Source: Rhizodiscina lignyota (Eukaryota). Taken from it: DNA of 64,000 nt. Position numbers and translations under genes: made by a program. The notes beneath the pieces were generated by a model. That model was not told where the DNA came from. It searched no databases and saw only the letters and a program-made list of their open reading frames with translations. The stretch lies in contig ML978126.1 in NCBI GenBank assembly GCA_010015805.1, positions 186,001 through 250,000 on the forward strand, read 5' to 3'. Shown here piece by piece: positions 1-14,474 of this stretch. How positions within the stretch are numbered: the stretch's first letter is position 1; each line of letters starts with the position of its first letter.

Positions 1-738
1 CTCAATTGGTGGCTATCCAAATAGCCCTCCACCAGAGAGTCAATGTACTTGCAGAATGGTTGTGCACGAGGCAGTTCTTGAAAAGCTGACTTAATAATGC
101 AGAGAGCAGGTAACCACAAATTATCCCTGAAATTATCGTGAAGGGCGTCCACCACGGCGTTTCTGAGCAGTGGGACATCGCACTTGTCTGCCAGAATGGC
201 AAGCTGTACCAATCTTAACTCGAATCTGTCCACCGGATGCGCTCGTAGACGCTTGATAGTTTGCGCACGAGAGTGATCGTCCATCAGTGATAAGGGCTTT
301 CCGTCGGCACCGACAAACTCGAAGTTGGGATCTTCACCCATATCATCTGTATCCGCACAATTGCACGCATTTTCCAAGGAACCGTCGATGTCCTTTTCTT
401 CTTTCCATGCCTCGATATCGAGTTTCTGTTTGTAGAGCCAAGCCACGAAAATCTCGAACGTCTCAGTCTCCACATCCGGCAGGTTGGACTTTTTCTCTTC
501 GGCTTCCTTGAAGTTACCTCCGAAGGCGGCCTTGAAATATTTCGAGTAGTGACAGATAAGGTCTTTGTGGACGACAAACGCTTTCTTCTCCGAGCCCACT
601 GTGATGGTAACCATAGTGGAAAAAAGAAGAGTTCTGCTCAGAGTGGTAGTTAGTATCAATAAAGGCTCAATTGGGCAAATGGTAGGCGTACATCGATGGC
701 CGTGGATGAGAGCCTTCGCCTTTCTTGGTTGGCACCAT
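1..738 (-). CDS. BTB/POZ-domain protein (3' end runs off the window)
   Basis: ATG at 738 and one intron (GTACGC..TACTAAC..CAG). The frame then stays open to base 1 and reads VTITVGSEKKAFVVHKDLICHYSKYFKAAFGGNFKEAEEKKSNLPDVETETFEIFVAWLY...LAILADKCDVPLLRNAVVD, a typical fungal BTB signature. It is absent from the ORF track because there is no stop in the window. Confidence 0.88.
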
Positions 739-1165
739 TGTGCTTTCACTCGAATGAGACAGTGAAGATCTGTTACTCGTCTGAAGAGTCCGGTCTCTGG
801 GTCCGGTCGTAGAATATTAGGTAGGCAGTGATAGAGTGACGAGTGAGGAAGAAAATGAGAGATGGAAAGGGAAATTGAGGAGAGGAGAGAAGTGATGCTC
901 TTATATATCCTCAGCTGAATACACCGAAGACTGCATTGCCGATCGAGCTCCATACTTATGCTTAGTTAGGAAACAATGAGATTAAAAAGTGAGCTGTCAC
1001 CGAATCGAGATGGTTAGATCAAGATCCGTAGAGATGCCGCTTTCACGACGCACACTCTCGCGGTTTCACACACATAAAAAATATAACTACACAAATGAAC
1101 GCCCAATTCGCTATGCAACCATGCAACCATGCCATTCATGCAAAACCCACTCCAAACTTCACCCA

Positions 1166-2712
1166 TCAATACACCGAGCACTCAACGCTGGCCCTCAAAA
1201 ACGCCTCAGAGAAGAAGCGCTGCATCGCGGCAAAGTGAAACAGGATGCCCCCGATGACCGCCAGATGCCACAGGTTGTGGCTGCTGCCCACAAAGTCCGT
1301 GATTCCGCCGGGACACCAGCGCTCGGGGATTTTCGCCGCGTAAATGCACGCACCGGAAACGTACACGACAAGGCTCATCGTGATGGGGGAGTAGAAGTGC
1401 CACGCCCACGTGATGCCCCGCGTGTGCACGAGCTGGGCGACTGGGAGGAAGCCGGTGCAGGCAAGAGTGACGTAGAAGCCTACTCTCGCCCAGCTCATGT
1501 CCGCACGGTTGAAAGTGGGGTTCCATGGTAATACACATCCGGCAACGGAGAAGAATCCAGTGGTCAGGAGGTATACCCACCGGCTGACTGGCTCGCAGTA
1601 AAACGCGCAGTATTCGGTCGTCATGATTGAAGCGCCGACAAGGAGCGAGATGCCAGTGTAGTCGACGCAGGCGAAGCGTTCCATGAGCGATTGCTCGGAT
1701 ATCGAGTTGAAGGTGTGCCACATGATGCTGCAGACGAGGCACTTGCAAGCTGCGAAGAAGAAGACAGCGGCGATGAAGACGTCGGAGCGCGTTGAGATGC
1801 TGAAGTTTGCGGAGGTGGGGTAGAAGTAGAAGGCCACGGCCAGGACGACGATAAGGCCAATCGCGTGAGTCCATATGTTGAGCAGTTCGTTGTGCACCCC
1901 AAACACGGACCAAAGGCACTCAACCTTTTTGGAGTGGAAGCGGTAGCCGCGCATGATGTGGGGATTGATTCTCCACGGGACGGGTATCTCGTCGAGGTTG
2001 AGAAGCCCACGCTCTCTAGCAAGCTGCAGTGCCCGCTCGATTCCATACTCAATTCCTCCGACCATGTGCTCCTTGGCCCTTCTTGCCTTCTCTATACCTC
2101 CATCGAACGCCTCTCGTGCTTTGTCCATACTCTTGTCCATGCGGCGCAATCCCTCATTCATGAAGCTCATGTGCGAGTCCCTGAGCGCGTATGCCCTGGT
2201 TTCGAAGTCTGCAAGCATGCCCTCCATGAGCCTCACGCCCTCTTGCACCTTATGCTCAAGCGTCTCCCTCCTCGCGACCGCATCGTTATATCGCTCCTCC
2301 AACGTCTCGACTAGGATGTTCGCTCGCCTCCGTCCAGCATCCCACACGCCATCCGAGACGCGGTTGCATGACTCTCGCACCGCATGCAGCGTCGAGTACG
2401 CGCGGTCAATACTCACGTCGAAGTTAAGGTGGCCGTAAGAATCGAGGAAGTCCAGTCGTCGTCCCAACTCCGCGAGGAATCGATCGACCTGCGCATTGTT
2501 AGCTGCTACGTCATTGCAACACAACGAGACGTTCTTACCAGCACTTGCACATTATCCGTCTCCAGATTCCACTGGCCGGCATGATAGCTGCTGTGTCGCC
2601 GTCTCCTCAACTCTGCCCTCTCCTTTTGCGCGGCACGCGAGCTGCTCGTGGTGCCCAGCGCAGGCTCCTCGTACGGCTCCATGAGCACGGAACCGACCGT
2701 GCACGACATCAT
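1166..2712 (-). CDS. IZH3: PAQR/HlyIII-family 7-TM protein, Izh3-like
   Basis: Motifs PWRINPHIMRGYR, HNELLNIWTH, VDYTGIS, PERWCPG and SSHNLWH. Exon 1 (MSCTVG..VQVL) is joined to VDRFLAEL by a GTAAGA..GCTAAC..CAG intron. Confidence 0.9.
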
Positions 2713-3437
2713 AGCTGTTCCCCTTCCTCAGATGGGCGAGCGGCCGCCGTTTAAGAGTCGACGGCGGAAGTCACGAGCCTGATGACGTTCTGAGGCAATT
2801 TGGGTTTTTGGAGAAAGGAAGGCGCTTTTTCGGAGCTGGGCGGAGGGAGGCGTGGGAACGAGCGAAGGTTAAGCTTAAACGCTGACAAGTCGCTGCCCAA
2901 TGCCGCCGATCGCTGCTCCCGGAAATTAGAGGCGGCGCGCCAAGGTGCGGCTGGATGGCTGGGAGGATGCTTGAGGTGAGGTCAATTGAGACAGCCAGGT
3001 CGGTAAGGACTGGATTTGAGGAGAAAGCAAAAGTAAAAGTACAGTGAGCGCCAGGGCTGTGGGTGGGCACGTTGAGAGAGCATGAGGCGAACACGTCGAC
3101 GATCATGCGTCTAGGCGCAGCATGGCCAAGAGCGGCGGCTCCAAGTGACCCTGAGCATCTGCCGCATGTGGCGGAGTGCTGCCTCTTATTGGTGGCATTC
3201 CATGTCTGTGGACGTCTGATCACTTCAAATACATACGGAGGCATGCTTTGTCTTGATTCTGAAGTCGAATGAAGGAGCTCATGCAACAATGCCGCAAAAC
3301 GGCCATTGAATGCTTCTGAAGGATACAGCCGTGTCCGCCCATTCGGTCTCACCTCATACTAATGTCACAATTGCCCTTGAAAAGAAAACGCCGCAGCCCA
3401 CGTAGAATACATCAGACAGCCCATTGAGTAGACACTA

Positions 3438-6400
3438 TCAAGCGTCACCCATAATCTCATCTTCATCAGAGCCATCAACGTCATCTAGCTCCTCATCAGC
3501 TTCATCCCCCTCCTCAGGCGGAAGACTACTCCTTCCCTCCAAATCCATCCCATCACCGTCTCTGTCGCCATCGCCATCCATATCTCTATCAGCCTCACTA
3601 TCGTCACCAGCGTCGTCGCCCTCCTCCACAGTGTCGACAACCCTGTCTTCAGGATCCGGCCTCTTCTTTCTTACAACCTCCAGTCCGTGCTCCCACCTGT
3701 CGAGCCTCCTGCGCATTCTCGAGAATGCCTGGCGATACGTGTGAACCTGCTCTCCACTATCGTCCACCTTGTCAAAGTCCTGATAGACCGGGATTCCCTC
3801 AACAAGTCTGAATCCAGCGAAGCCCCTGTACGGAATCGCGTTCGTCATGCCCTCCTGCCTCTGCACCAGACTGATATGCAATTCTTCCTCCGAGTCGAAT
3901 CCATCCGGCAGCATGCGAACCTGCTTCCACGTACGTGCCATTGCGCCCTCCCTAGTGCGACGAGACCTGGCAGACTTGTGTTTGCTCTCCAATTTTTTGT
4001 GAAGTAGGTACTCAACGCGCTTCTTGCGGAACTGCTCAACCGCAATCTGATGCGCAGTCAGAGGGCGGGTGCGCTTGTGCGACGGCTCAGAGCCATTAAG
4101 CGGTAGATAGAAGCCATGAGGCCCTGTTGCCGAGTTTGCCGCGGGTGCAGCGGGACCAGTACTTGCCGCCGGTGAGGCGACATCCATTCCGGCGGCCTGG
4201 CGCTGCTTCTGGAGGGTTGCATTCGCCGCAGCAGCCGCTTCGCGCTTGGCTTTGGACCAGTTGCCTCGTCCAAGTTTGATGGGTGCAAGGGGAGTGGATC
4301 CAGTCGCAGGTGGAGGTGGTGGCCCAGATGGTGTTTCGTCGTTGAGAAGCTTTTCGATACGCATGCCTCCAGGCGTGCTCTTGGGCACAAGCGTCGAACC
4401 ATGCGGCTGCGGGCTCATGGATCGTGTCTGGTCGCTGTCCGTGTGGTATTCCTCGCCTTTGATGTGAACATGCTGTCGTCGGCCGCGGTTGCTTACAGAT
4501 GTCGAGCCTATGGAAGAGATGTCAGCCTGGTTTCGTTACTCATCTCAACATGGTAATCTACCTGTCATAGAAGGGGCTGGGGATTGCCCTTGATCTGGAA
4601 TTGGCGATGCTGCCCCTTCACTTTCCACGACTGAGAAGACTGGGTTGTTAGTGAAGCCTGATGTGATGTCAGTTACGTCATGTTTTGCCTTGTCACTCTC
4701 GCAATGAAAGGCTGCTGCGGGCGCGGCTTGAGGTTCATCCATGGGTGAATGTTGTGGTAAGTCTCTGTTCAGCCGTCGCGTCTTCGATAGATATTGGCTT
4801 TTCCTAACTGGAAGTTTTGCAACACGTTCTTCTAGGTTGTCACTCTCGCAACGAGAGACTGGTGCGGGCGTGGCTTGAGGTTCGACCATGGCTAGGGGTT
4901 GTGTTAAATCTCTTTCCGGCCATCTCCGCTGCGGCGTATCTGGGCCTTTCGTAATGTGTTCATCCAGCCAGTGGTTACGCATGTCAAAGAATGTCTGATA
5001 GTGCCTCCCGCAAACGCAGCAGATAAGTCGTTGTTTGGTTTCTCCTGGTAGTGGAGGTTCAGCTTTATGGCCGTGGAACGCGATAAAATGATCCTCCAAT
5101 TCGAGTCTCCCAGAAAAATTCTGATATTGGGGGCATTGCCAGCAAATGTAGATCGGGAGGAAGGAGGTCCGGTGGATTGCGGCTAGGTTCACCCAATTTC
5201 GCGATTCCAGGACAGGAGGTGATATCCCATGATATCCACGGTAATGTCCAGCGAAGGTCGGTTGGGATTTATAGGTTCGTGGTGGGAGGCAATTCCGGCA
5301 AACATAAACCTCTTTGAGATTGTCCTTTTCATGCCGCGCCCATTAGCCCGAGTAACAGAAAATGCAACTTACCGCTTCGTTTGACTCCACGCTTTGGACC
5401 AGTGACAACTGGTGCCAGTGCGTCACTTGCCAGAATATCTGCAAATCAGAGTCACTATTGAGTCCCAAGAACAATATTATCGAAAACGTACTTATCCTCT
5501 CCTGCCTCTTAACCTCCCCAAACTGCTTCTCCTCTTCCGTGTCAACATTCTCTGCCGCGGCCTGCTCATCCGTCAAAATATCAAACTGCGGCGTCTTGAT
5601 CGACATATCTCCGGGGCCGGCGTTCTCGCCCTTTCTGCCTGGCCCGTAAGGGTTGTTGAGCGCGTCGTGCTCGCTAAAGTCGCTCTCGAGGTACCACCAC
5701 ATGAGCCACAAGAAGGCTGTCGCGCGGCTGCGGCTGCTCAGCCCGCTCTTCATCACCAGGTCGAAGAAGTCACGCGGCACGTCGAAGTGCATCTCGGAGA
5801 TCTTGGGAGCGTACTGCGACAGCACGAAGATGAGGTTTACGGGATTGGTGCGTGGGACGGGCGCGGTGCGGATGTCCTCTAGTGTCGAGGGCTGCTCCGA
5901 GTCTTCGGTGGCGCCCTTGAGGATGGATTTTAGGCGAGGAGCGTCTTGGAGCTGCTTGTATGCGTTGGGATCTTGCTGTGCTTGGAGGGAGGGAATGGAG
6001 TGGTACGTTCGAAGCTGGGCGCGCATCTCCGGGAAGACTGCGATGTGCTCAATTCCATGCCGATTCTTTGAGGAGGGTGATGCTTACAGTTGAGAGTGGT
6101 ATTCATCCTGCCCACGTTGACAAGCAGGCAGACCATCGCCATATTGATGGCGGCGGAGCGCTCCGTCAGCAGCTTGTCCTTCAGAATCTTGCTGCACTTG
6201 CTGCTCTTGGCCATGGCATCCAGATAGATGTCCGCAAAGGTATGTCCCTTGCTGCTATCTGAGACCTTGGTGAAGGCCTTCTTGTCATCCTCGAAGACAT
6301 ATTTCAGGAAGTCGTATTGAATATCCTTCCGCCAAAGTGGTACTCCATCTTCCTTCTTCAGATGCCTTATCTTGTTCCCCGAGTACACACTCGATACGCT

Positions 6401-6736
6401 CCCATTCGCATTGCGCCTCGTCGTGGTCGTCGTGCTCGTGTAGTGAGGTTGCTCCCCTCCGCTGCCCCCATCCCTGGGTGAGGGCGCATCGCTGGGAACG
6501 TCGTCGTAGAGATGCGAAAGATTGGGATTCGCCTTGCGCTTCGGCATTTCCAGCAGTGCAGCGACCGCCTCTTCTTCTTGTGAGATTTCCTGCGCCAAAT
6601 TTCGTTCTGGCGCTGGAGGAGTCTCTTGTTGCGGCGGTGAGGGCTCTGTTAGGACATGGCGGATGGAGTTTCGCGGGTCAGCCTCGCGTTGTGACAAAGG
6701 AGTATGAGACGTGTTCTGCTCCATTGTCTCAGCCAT
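3438..6736 (-). CDS. IES1: INO80 chromatin-remodelling complex subunit Ies1
   Basis: KIRHLKKEDGVPLWRKDIQYDFL, NVGRMNTTLNF, MRAQLRTYHSIPSLQ, FLWLMWWYLES and an acidic C-terminus. Multi-exon; the donor at 5372 joins the acceptor at 4508 in frame. Confidence 0.9.
4562..5311 (-). other. Putative cassette exon (250 codons) with three C2H2-like zinc fingers inside IES1
   Basis: Stop-free reading frame, same strand and frame as the last IES1 exon. Motifs CRNC-x14-H-x4-H, CWQC-x14-H-x4-H and CCVC-x12-H-x4-H. Flanked by intron-like segments 5312-5372 and 4508-4561. Confidence 0.6.
4690..4925 (-). repeat. Diverged tandem duplication with a 147-bp period
   Basis: RDLTQPLAMVEPQATPAPVSRCESD vs RDLPQHSPMDEPQAAPAAAFHCESD; matching nucleotides at 4879 and 4732. 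Confidence 0.75.
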
Positions 6737-7950
6737 AGCTTCCTAGCGCGGGCTCCCGCGCACGAATTGACGATATGTGAAATCAATGGCGATGGGGGAT
6801 GGATGCTCTCATGGGCTCTGCGAAGGAAGTTGGAAGCTGGCAAAATTGGCATCGCAAGATATCCGGATGCGCTTGCAGCGTAACTGCTAGTGCGCCGCCG
6901 ATTTCCATTTTCCATAGGGCTGAACGCGAAAGTGATCTCGGCTGTTCGATTGGCCCAGCTCAGCCTATTCTCCCCAGCGATATTTACAACTGGTCCATAG
7001 AAATTATAACGCTGGCACAGCGGTTAAGATAGGAATTCAAGCGTCTCACATGCAATTGGGAAATTCGATAAAGAGGCAATCAATTGGCCAAAGCAAAATT
7101 TTCTTGATTTCTATCAATCCCAGTGCCTAGAAAGGCAAAAGTTAACTTTTTTGGTGGATCCCTTCACCCAGATCAACAGTGCCACCAGCAAGCCAGACGC
7201 TCCTCATGCATGATATCCACTGAAGCCTCAGTTATGCACGGCACCTGCCGAATGCAGAGGCCGATTCTATAGCTGAAGCAGAATGAGGCTTTGTGAAGCC
7301 CATGATAGAACGCCACGAGTGCCAGAAAAAACATCTCCAGATGCAGCCCGCCATTCCCATAAATGCCGCGCTGCAAAGACTCCCAGTGCACGCTGCAAGC
7401 GCACCAGGAGACATGACCGAGATGAGAGGATCGCTTTTGTTGTGTCGTAACGAGTCGAATTTTGAAAAAACCCCCCAGCTGAGACAATTTGAGCAAAAAA
7501 AGCAGGAAGTAGAAGATCGTCGGCAGTCGAAAGCCGGTGAATCAAGTCTATGGTTTATGCAAGTCCCCCCAAGCAGCAATTCTTCGAGGCGCACGGGCGT
7601 ATACAGTCGTGAATTAGAGTCTTCCAGGCCATACGCGCTGATGGCCTTGGAAAACGCATTGTGTGCGCAGTCTAGGACTCGCCGGATAACTTTTCGTCAA
7701 GCCATCCGCGAGTGTGATGCCGAAGAACCCAGAGGAAATATCAACGCTATCTATATGCTGATCGGGGTATGAGAGCAAGTGCCGGACTTTCGAAAGACTG
7801 CCGAATCCAGATGTGAAACAGAGCAGAGCCAAACCGAACCGAACCGATGAAAGAAAAAGCATTCGAACGCAATCTATGAGTAGAAAGAAAATTAGCAGTA
7901 TGACGCTTGCCAGACGTGCCCAATACGAGCATTCCGAGAAGTAGGTGGAT

Positions 7951-10144
<2,194 letters not shown>

Positions 10145-11659
10145 GTTGAGGGTGCTTTTGTTCGAAATGGCGGTGTGAATGTTGATTGTCGAGGGTTAAG
10201 AGCGATTTGAAAATTCTCAAAACGATCTAAGTAGTATTAAGTAGTAAAGAAGTTTGGGATGAGCGTTGGAAGAAGACGCTCAGCGCTCAAGTGGCAAGTG
10301 GAGGTGTTGCTCGGTGGAGATTGCAGGCAGAAGCGCGCCTGGAGTCAACAAGCGGTCGTGAAGTGCCGTAAATATGCCTGTCTATCGCCGTAACGACCGA
10401 CAAAGCAAGAAAAGGAACTTTAAGGAAGGATCTCGCAAGAGCAGAGTGCGTTGTTTGTGCAGAATGTTGCTCCGTGAGGAGAATTGTTGTGAGAAGAGGA
10501 CTGGGAGGCGTGGTGGATCTTTTGAAAATCTTGAGTTAGGTAGCGCGCCAGCACGGGCCAATCACGCGGGCGACCGGGATGCTCCGTAATCCAGAACGTA
10601 ACACGGCGGCGAACCTCCAACAGCAGGCACTTCGCCTCACACTAACAAGCTTTCGGTCGAGCGCAAGATGCTCCTGACATCACTTGCTCCGCCGACCTCG
10701 AGAGTGACACAATAACTGACCCCGATGGCTGTTGAATGGGTACTCCTCGAACGACTTGTCTCTCCAGCTTAGGTGGGAGCTTCGATGAGCACGCCGTGTT
10801 CTATGTGATTCCACTCGTCTCCCGAGCATGTACCATGCAGATGCTGCTCTACTTGCTTTTTCACCTTCTTCGAGCAAGCCCACTATGTGCTGAAATTCAC
10901 CAAGTTGTCCATTAAACCTTTCTCAAGTGGGCTCGGACTGTGTGCTGAAATCTATGCTTGATGCGGTATACCTAAGTGCTATGAAGACTACACGGCTTGA
11001 GTGGACACCACTGCCTTTCCTGAACCCACTGGGCTTTCATAGCCGACGTTTTGTATCCACGGCTAAATCGTTATGTCTCTGTTCTGGCATCTTCTGCCTC
11101 GGATTTTTTTCGGAGCCTTCACAGATGCAATGAGCTACTAGAGAAGCGACTTGGGAAAGAAACCAGTTCATCATCCGTTAGGCGCCAATGTCGACAATCA
11201 TGCATTGCTCTCTAGACAAGAGAGTAGCAACTTCCTTGGTTCCTCCTGGAGCTTCGAACGCGCCATCGCTCTCTCGAGGCCGACAAAACAGTTACCCGCC
11301 GGGTAGGCTGGAAAGCCTACGGACGAGTAGCACTTGCAATTCGAGGTAAGCGAGACTATCCCTGAAAGCTTGGCTCTACTTTCTTCAGAGCATTTACTAT
11401 AACTTTGAAGACCACCACACTTTGTTGGTTGTGGAGACTATGCGGAGACACTGTAGCTGTTCAGCGCTGCAGGCAACCTTATTGTCACTCTCGAGTTTGT
11501 CTGCTTAGCCCATCATCCCAATTCAATCTTATACACGTCATGGCTTTCCACGTGGACTTTACCAAAGACAACAACATAGCGGTGGTTAAGCCAGGACATC
11601 TGTTTCCGACGTGTATCATGTCACATTGTACACGAGCTGTAACTAAATAGTCGTCTCTA

Positions 11660-12897
11660 TCATGCCATACTTTTCTCCCGCATTCTTTGCAAAGGGGTTT
11701 TACGGGTCCTCACAAATGCAATGCATACTCCAATGATAAGCCCAACGAGAAGCAACTTTTGAAATAGAGTGAATCCATCGTTCTTTACACTTGTAGGCTT
11801 AGTAGACACAGGCTGCTCATCTTGTTCTTCCTTCTCAGCTTCCTCCTTTCGATCGCTGGCCGGCTCGATGGGGGCTTTCAGGTTCGGGGTCTTGGGGGTA
11901 ACATCCAGATCATCGCCCTCGACTGCAGGAGCGGCTGATCCGACGAGATCTTGAGAGTAGAGAGAATAGATCAGCCGCTCCATTCGCCAAATGTCTATAG
12001 CTCCCCGCGAGTACCTTCTTCTGGGGCTTCGAGCTCGCCACTCTTTGCAATCTTCACCGTCTTAACCGGCTTATCTGCTGCACCCTTCTCTATGTTCTCA
12101 ATCTGCTCCACGACGTCGTAGCCCTCGAGAACTTCGCCAAAGACCACGTGGCGCCCGTCGAGCCAGGAGGTGATCGCAGTGGTAATGAAGAACTGGCTTC
12201 CGTTGGTGTCTTTGCCAGAGTTGGCCATGCCTGCATCAATTAGCCATTTACACGATACCAGAATCTGTCATTGTTGATAGACGTACTCAGAAGACCAGTC
12301 TTGCTGTGCTTGAGCTTGAAGTTCTCGTCAGGGAACTTGGTACCGTAGATGGATTTCCCACCAGTGCCTATAACCCATTAGCACCTCAGTTGTAGCAGAA
12401 ATCTTTCCGTGAACTAACCATCACCGTTTGTGAAGTCGCCTCCCTGAATCATGAACTGCTTGATAACACGGTGGAAGGCAGAGCCTTCGTATCCATAGCC
12501 CTTCTCGCCTGTTGCAAGGGCTCTATAGGCGCGTTAGACGGTATTAATTGCGCACAGCTGGGGTTGCAAAGTACCTGAAATTCTCTGCGGTCTGTAGAGG
12601 CGTTAGTGAGAGGCGATTTTGGATACATTGCTTGGGATCATACCTTGGGAACGGTCTTGCCATACAGGCCCATCACGATCCTCCCCAAGGGCTTGTCATC
12701 GTGTGTAATGTCGAAGTAGACCTGATTTCAGGTCAGCGCTGGCGCGAATACATATCAATAAAGTTTGGCCTGACCTTGCTGGTAATCTTGGGTCCCTTTG
12801 CAGCTTCTGACGTCTGTCCGAGAAACACGAAAATGATTGTGAAAATGAGGAGTAGAGAGACGACGACACGCTGTAGTGAAGCCATACTGAGTAGCAT
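11660..12897 (-). CDS. cypB: Secretory-pathway cyclophilin B (peptidyl-prolyl isomerase) with two possible C-termini
   Basis: Signal peptide [23 protein letters not shown], then [30 protein letters not shown] and [16 protein letters not shown]...[10 protein letters not shown] across many small exons. Stop at 11995 (..RGEL) or at 11660 after splicing. Confidence 0.93.
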
Positions 12898-13113
12898 GCA
12901 GGTCGTTAAAGGAGTTGTGTGGGAAGGAGGTGTCTTCGACAGTCGAGGACAAGTGGTTGAAACGAGCCAAATCGCCCTGGCGCGAATCTGCAGGAACCGA
13001 CAGGGGTAGCTAGCACGTGATCACGATTTTAGCACATCTTCCCATCTCGACCGAAGTCGCGCAGTCAAACAGGTCCGAAGAGACAGCCAATTGAGGGAAT
13101 ACAATTTAGCACA

Positions 13114-13627
13114 ATGGTGTGTGGGACCCAGAATCCTCCACGACATTCAGCTCATGTGCGCAGGTCTTCTTATTAGGCACAAACTTCGCCGAAGGCCATC
13201 TTCTTAAGGCACGACAATTGGACCTCATCGTCAATCTCAAGTCTATCTAACAGTCTCTGCAGAAAGCGCTGGAGTCCTTCTATGGCATCGGCCCAACGAT
13301 ATCCGCGAGAGTCATGGCGCACTTCCACCTCCACCCAACAGCGAAAATCGGCAGCCTCCGCAACCAGCAGCTCACCGACCTCACGCAACATCTTTCGGAC
13401 ATGAAGATTGAGAACGACTTGAGAAAGACTATGCAGGAGAACATAAGACGGCTGAGAGATATGGGGACATATAGAGGCAGAAGGCATTACGCGGGTTTGC
13501 CTGTGAGAGGGCAAAGGACAAGATCACAGGTCCGAGAAAGTATCATGTCAAAGTTGTAAAATTGCTGATGAATGTTGTCCAGATCCAAACCGCGAGGAAG
13601 CTCAATAGGATTGAACGTAGAGGATAG
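13114..13627 (+). CDS. SWS2: Mitochondrial ribosomal protein uS13m
   Basis: Spliced product MVFLLGTNFAEGHLLKKALESFYGIG...[37 protein letters not shown]. Introns 13117-13163, 13209-13262 (GC donor) and 13530-13582. Confidence 0.95.
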
Positions 13628-14474
13628 AGGTGGCTCGGAGTTATGGCCCGTTTCTTGATACGCATATTAGCATTGGGCGGCGTTGGATATGTGCTTCAAA
13701 AATCAACTCATGTGCACATTATGTATAGATAGGTGGATACACTGTTACACTGTACCAGACGTATAAGAAACGACTGCAAAAGAAGTCTATAGCCTGTATT
13801 TATTTTCCGCTCTGTCAACTTCGCGTTCTTCTTGCAAGTGTGACCGAGAGATGTTTGGACTTGAACGAATATTTCATCAAAAAGTTTCGCGGTTTGGTCC
13901 GATATATAGCAAGTTGTTTATGGGGTTGAACGAAGCTTTTAACTGTCGGGTCCAATTCTATGATGGAGTGCATTATCTTCTCATTACCTTAGCTAAGAGC
14001 AAACGCTTCGACGAGGATTTGGAATCATTTTACTATATAAATGCAAAGCGGATCGCATATTCGTTCAACTAGGGGAATGAGATGCATAGAAGGGCGTATT
14101 CAATGTGGAGAACGAGTTAGATCTTCAAATCGGGGTTAATCACGGTGCAGCTCGGTATTCAGCGATCTCCCAGATGGCTTCTTGTGCCCAGTCGCAGTTT
14201 CCGATATTGTAAATCATATTTGTCCGCCTAAGGGGTATGAACATTGAGTGAAGCAGCAAATCATGTTTCGTCTTAGCCAAATAAGCCACCATGTAAACGC
14301 CACTATCAGTGGATCAGCAGCCACCTGGCGGCTGCAATAACCTAGCAATCCCTGAGCCATGTTTTCCGATAAACGTAGCTGTAGAACCTTCCACTGCTGC
14401 CGCCAAACTCCACGCTTGCTATGCTTTTCCCAGCAAACAAAGGAAAACGCCACCTGTAAACTTGATGAGAAAAT

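Noticed and set aside
481..510. Apparent frameshift in the BTB gene at the T-run
   Set aside because: Recounting gives five T, so the frame is continuous (EEKKSNLPDV).
2771..3352. 193-aa ORF between IES1 and IZH3
   Set aside because: It spans the IZH3 promoter and 5' UTR and shows no protein-like motifs.
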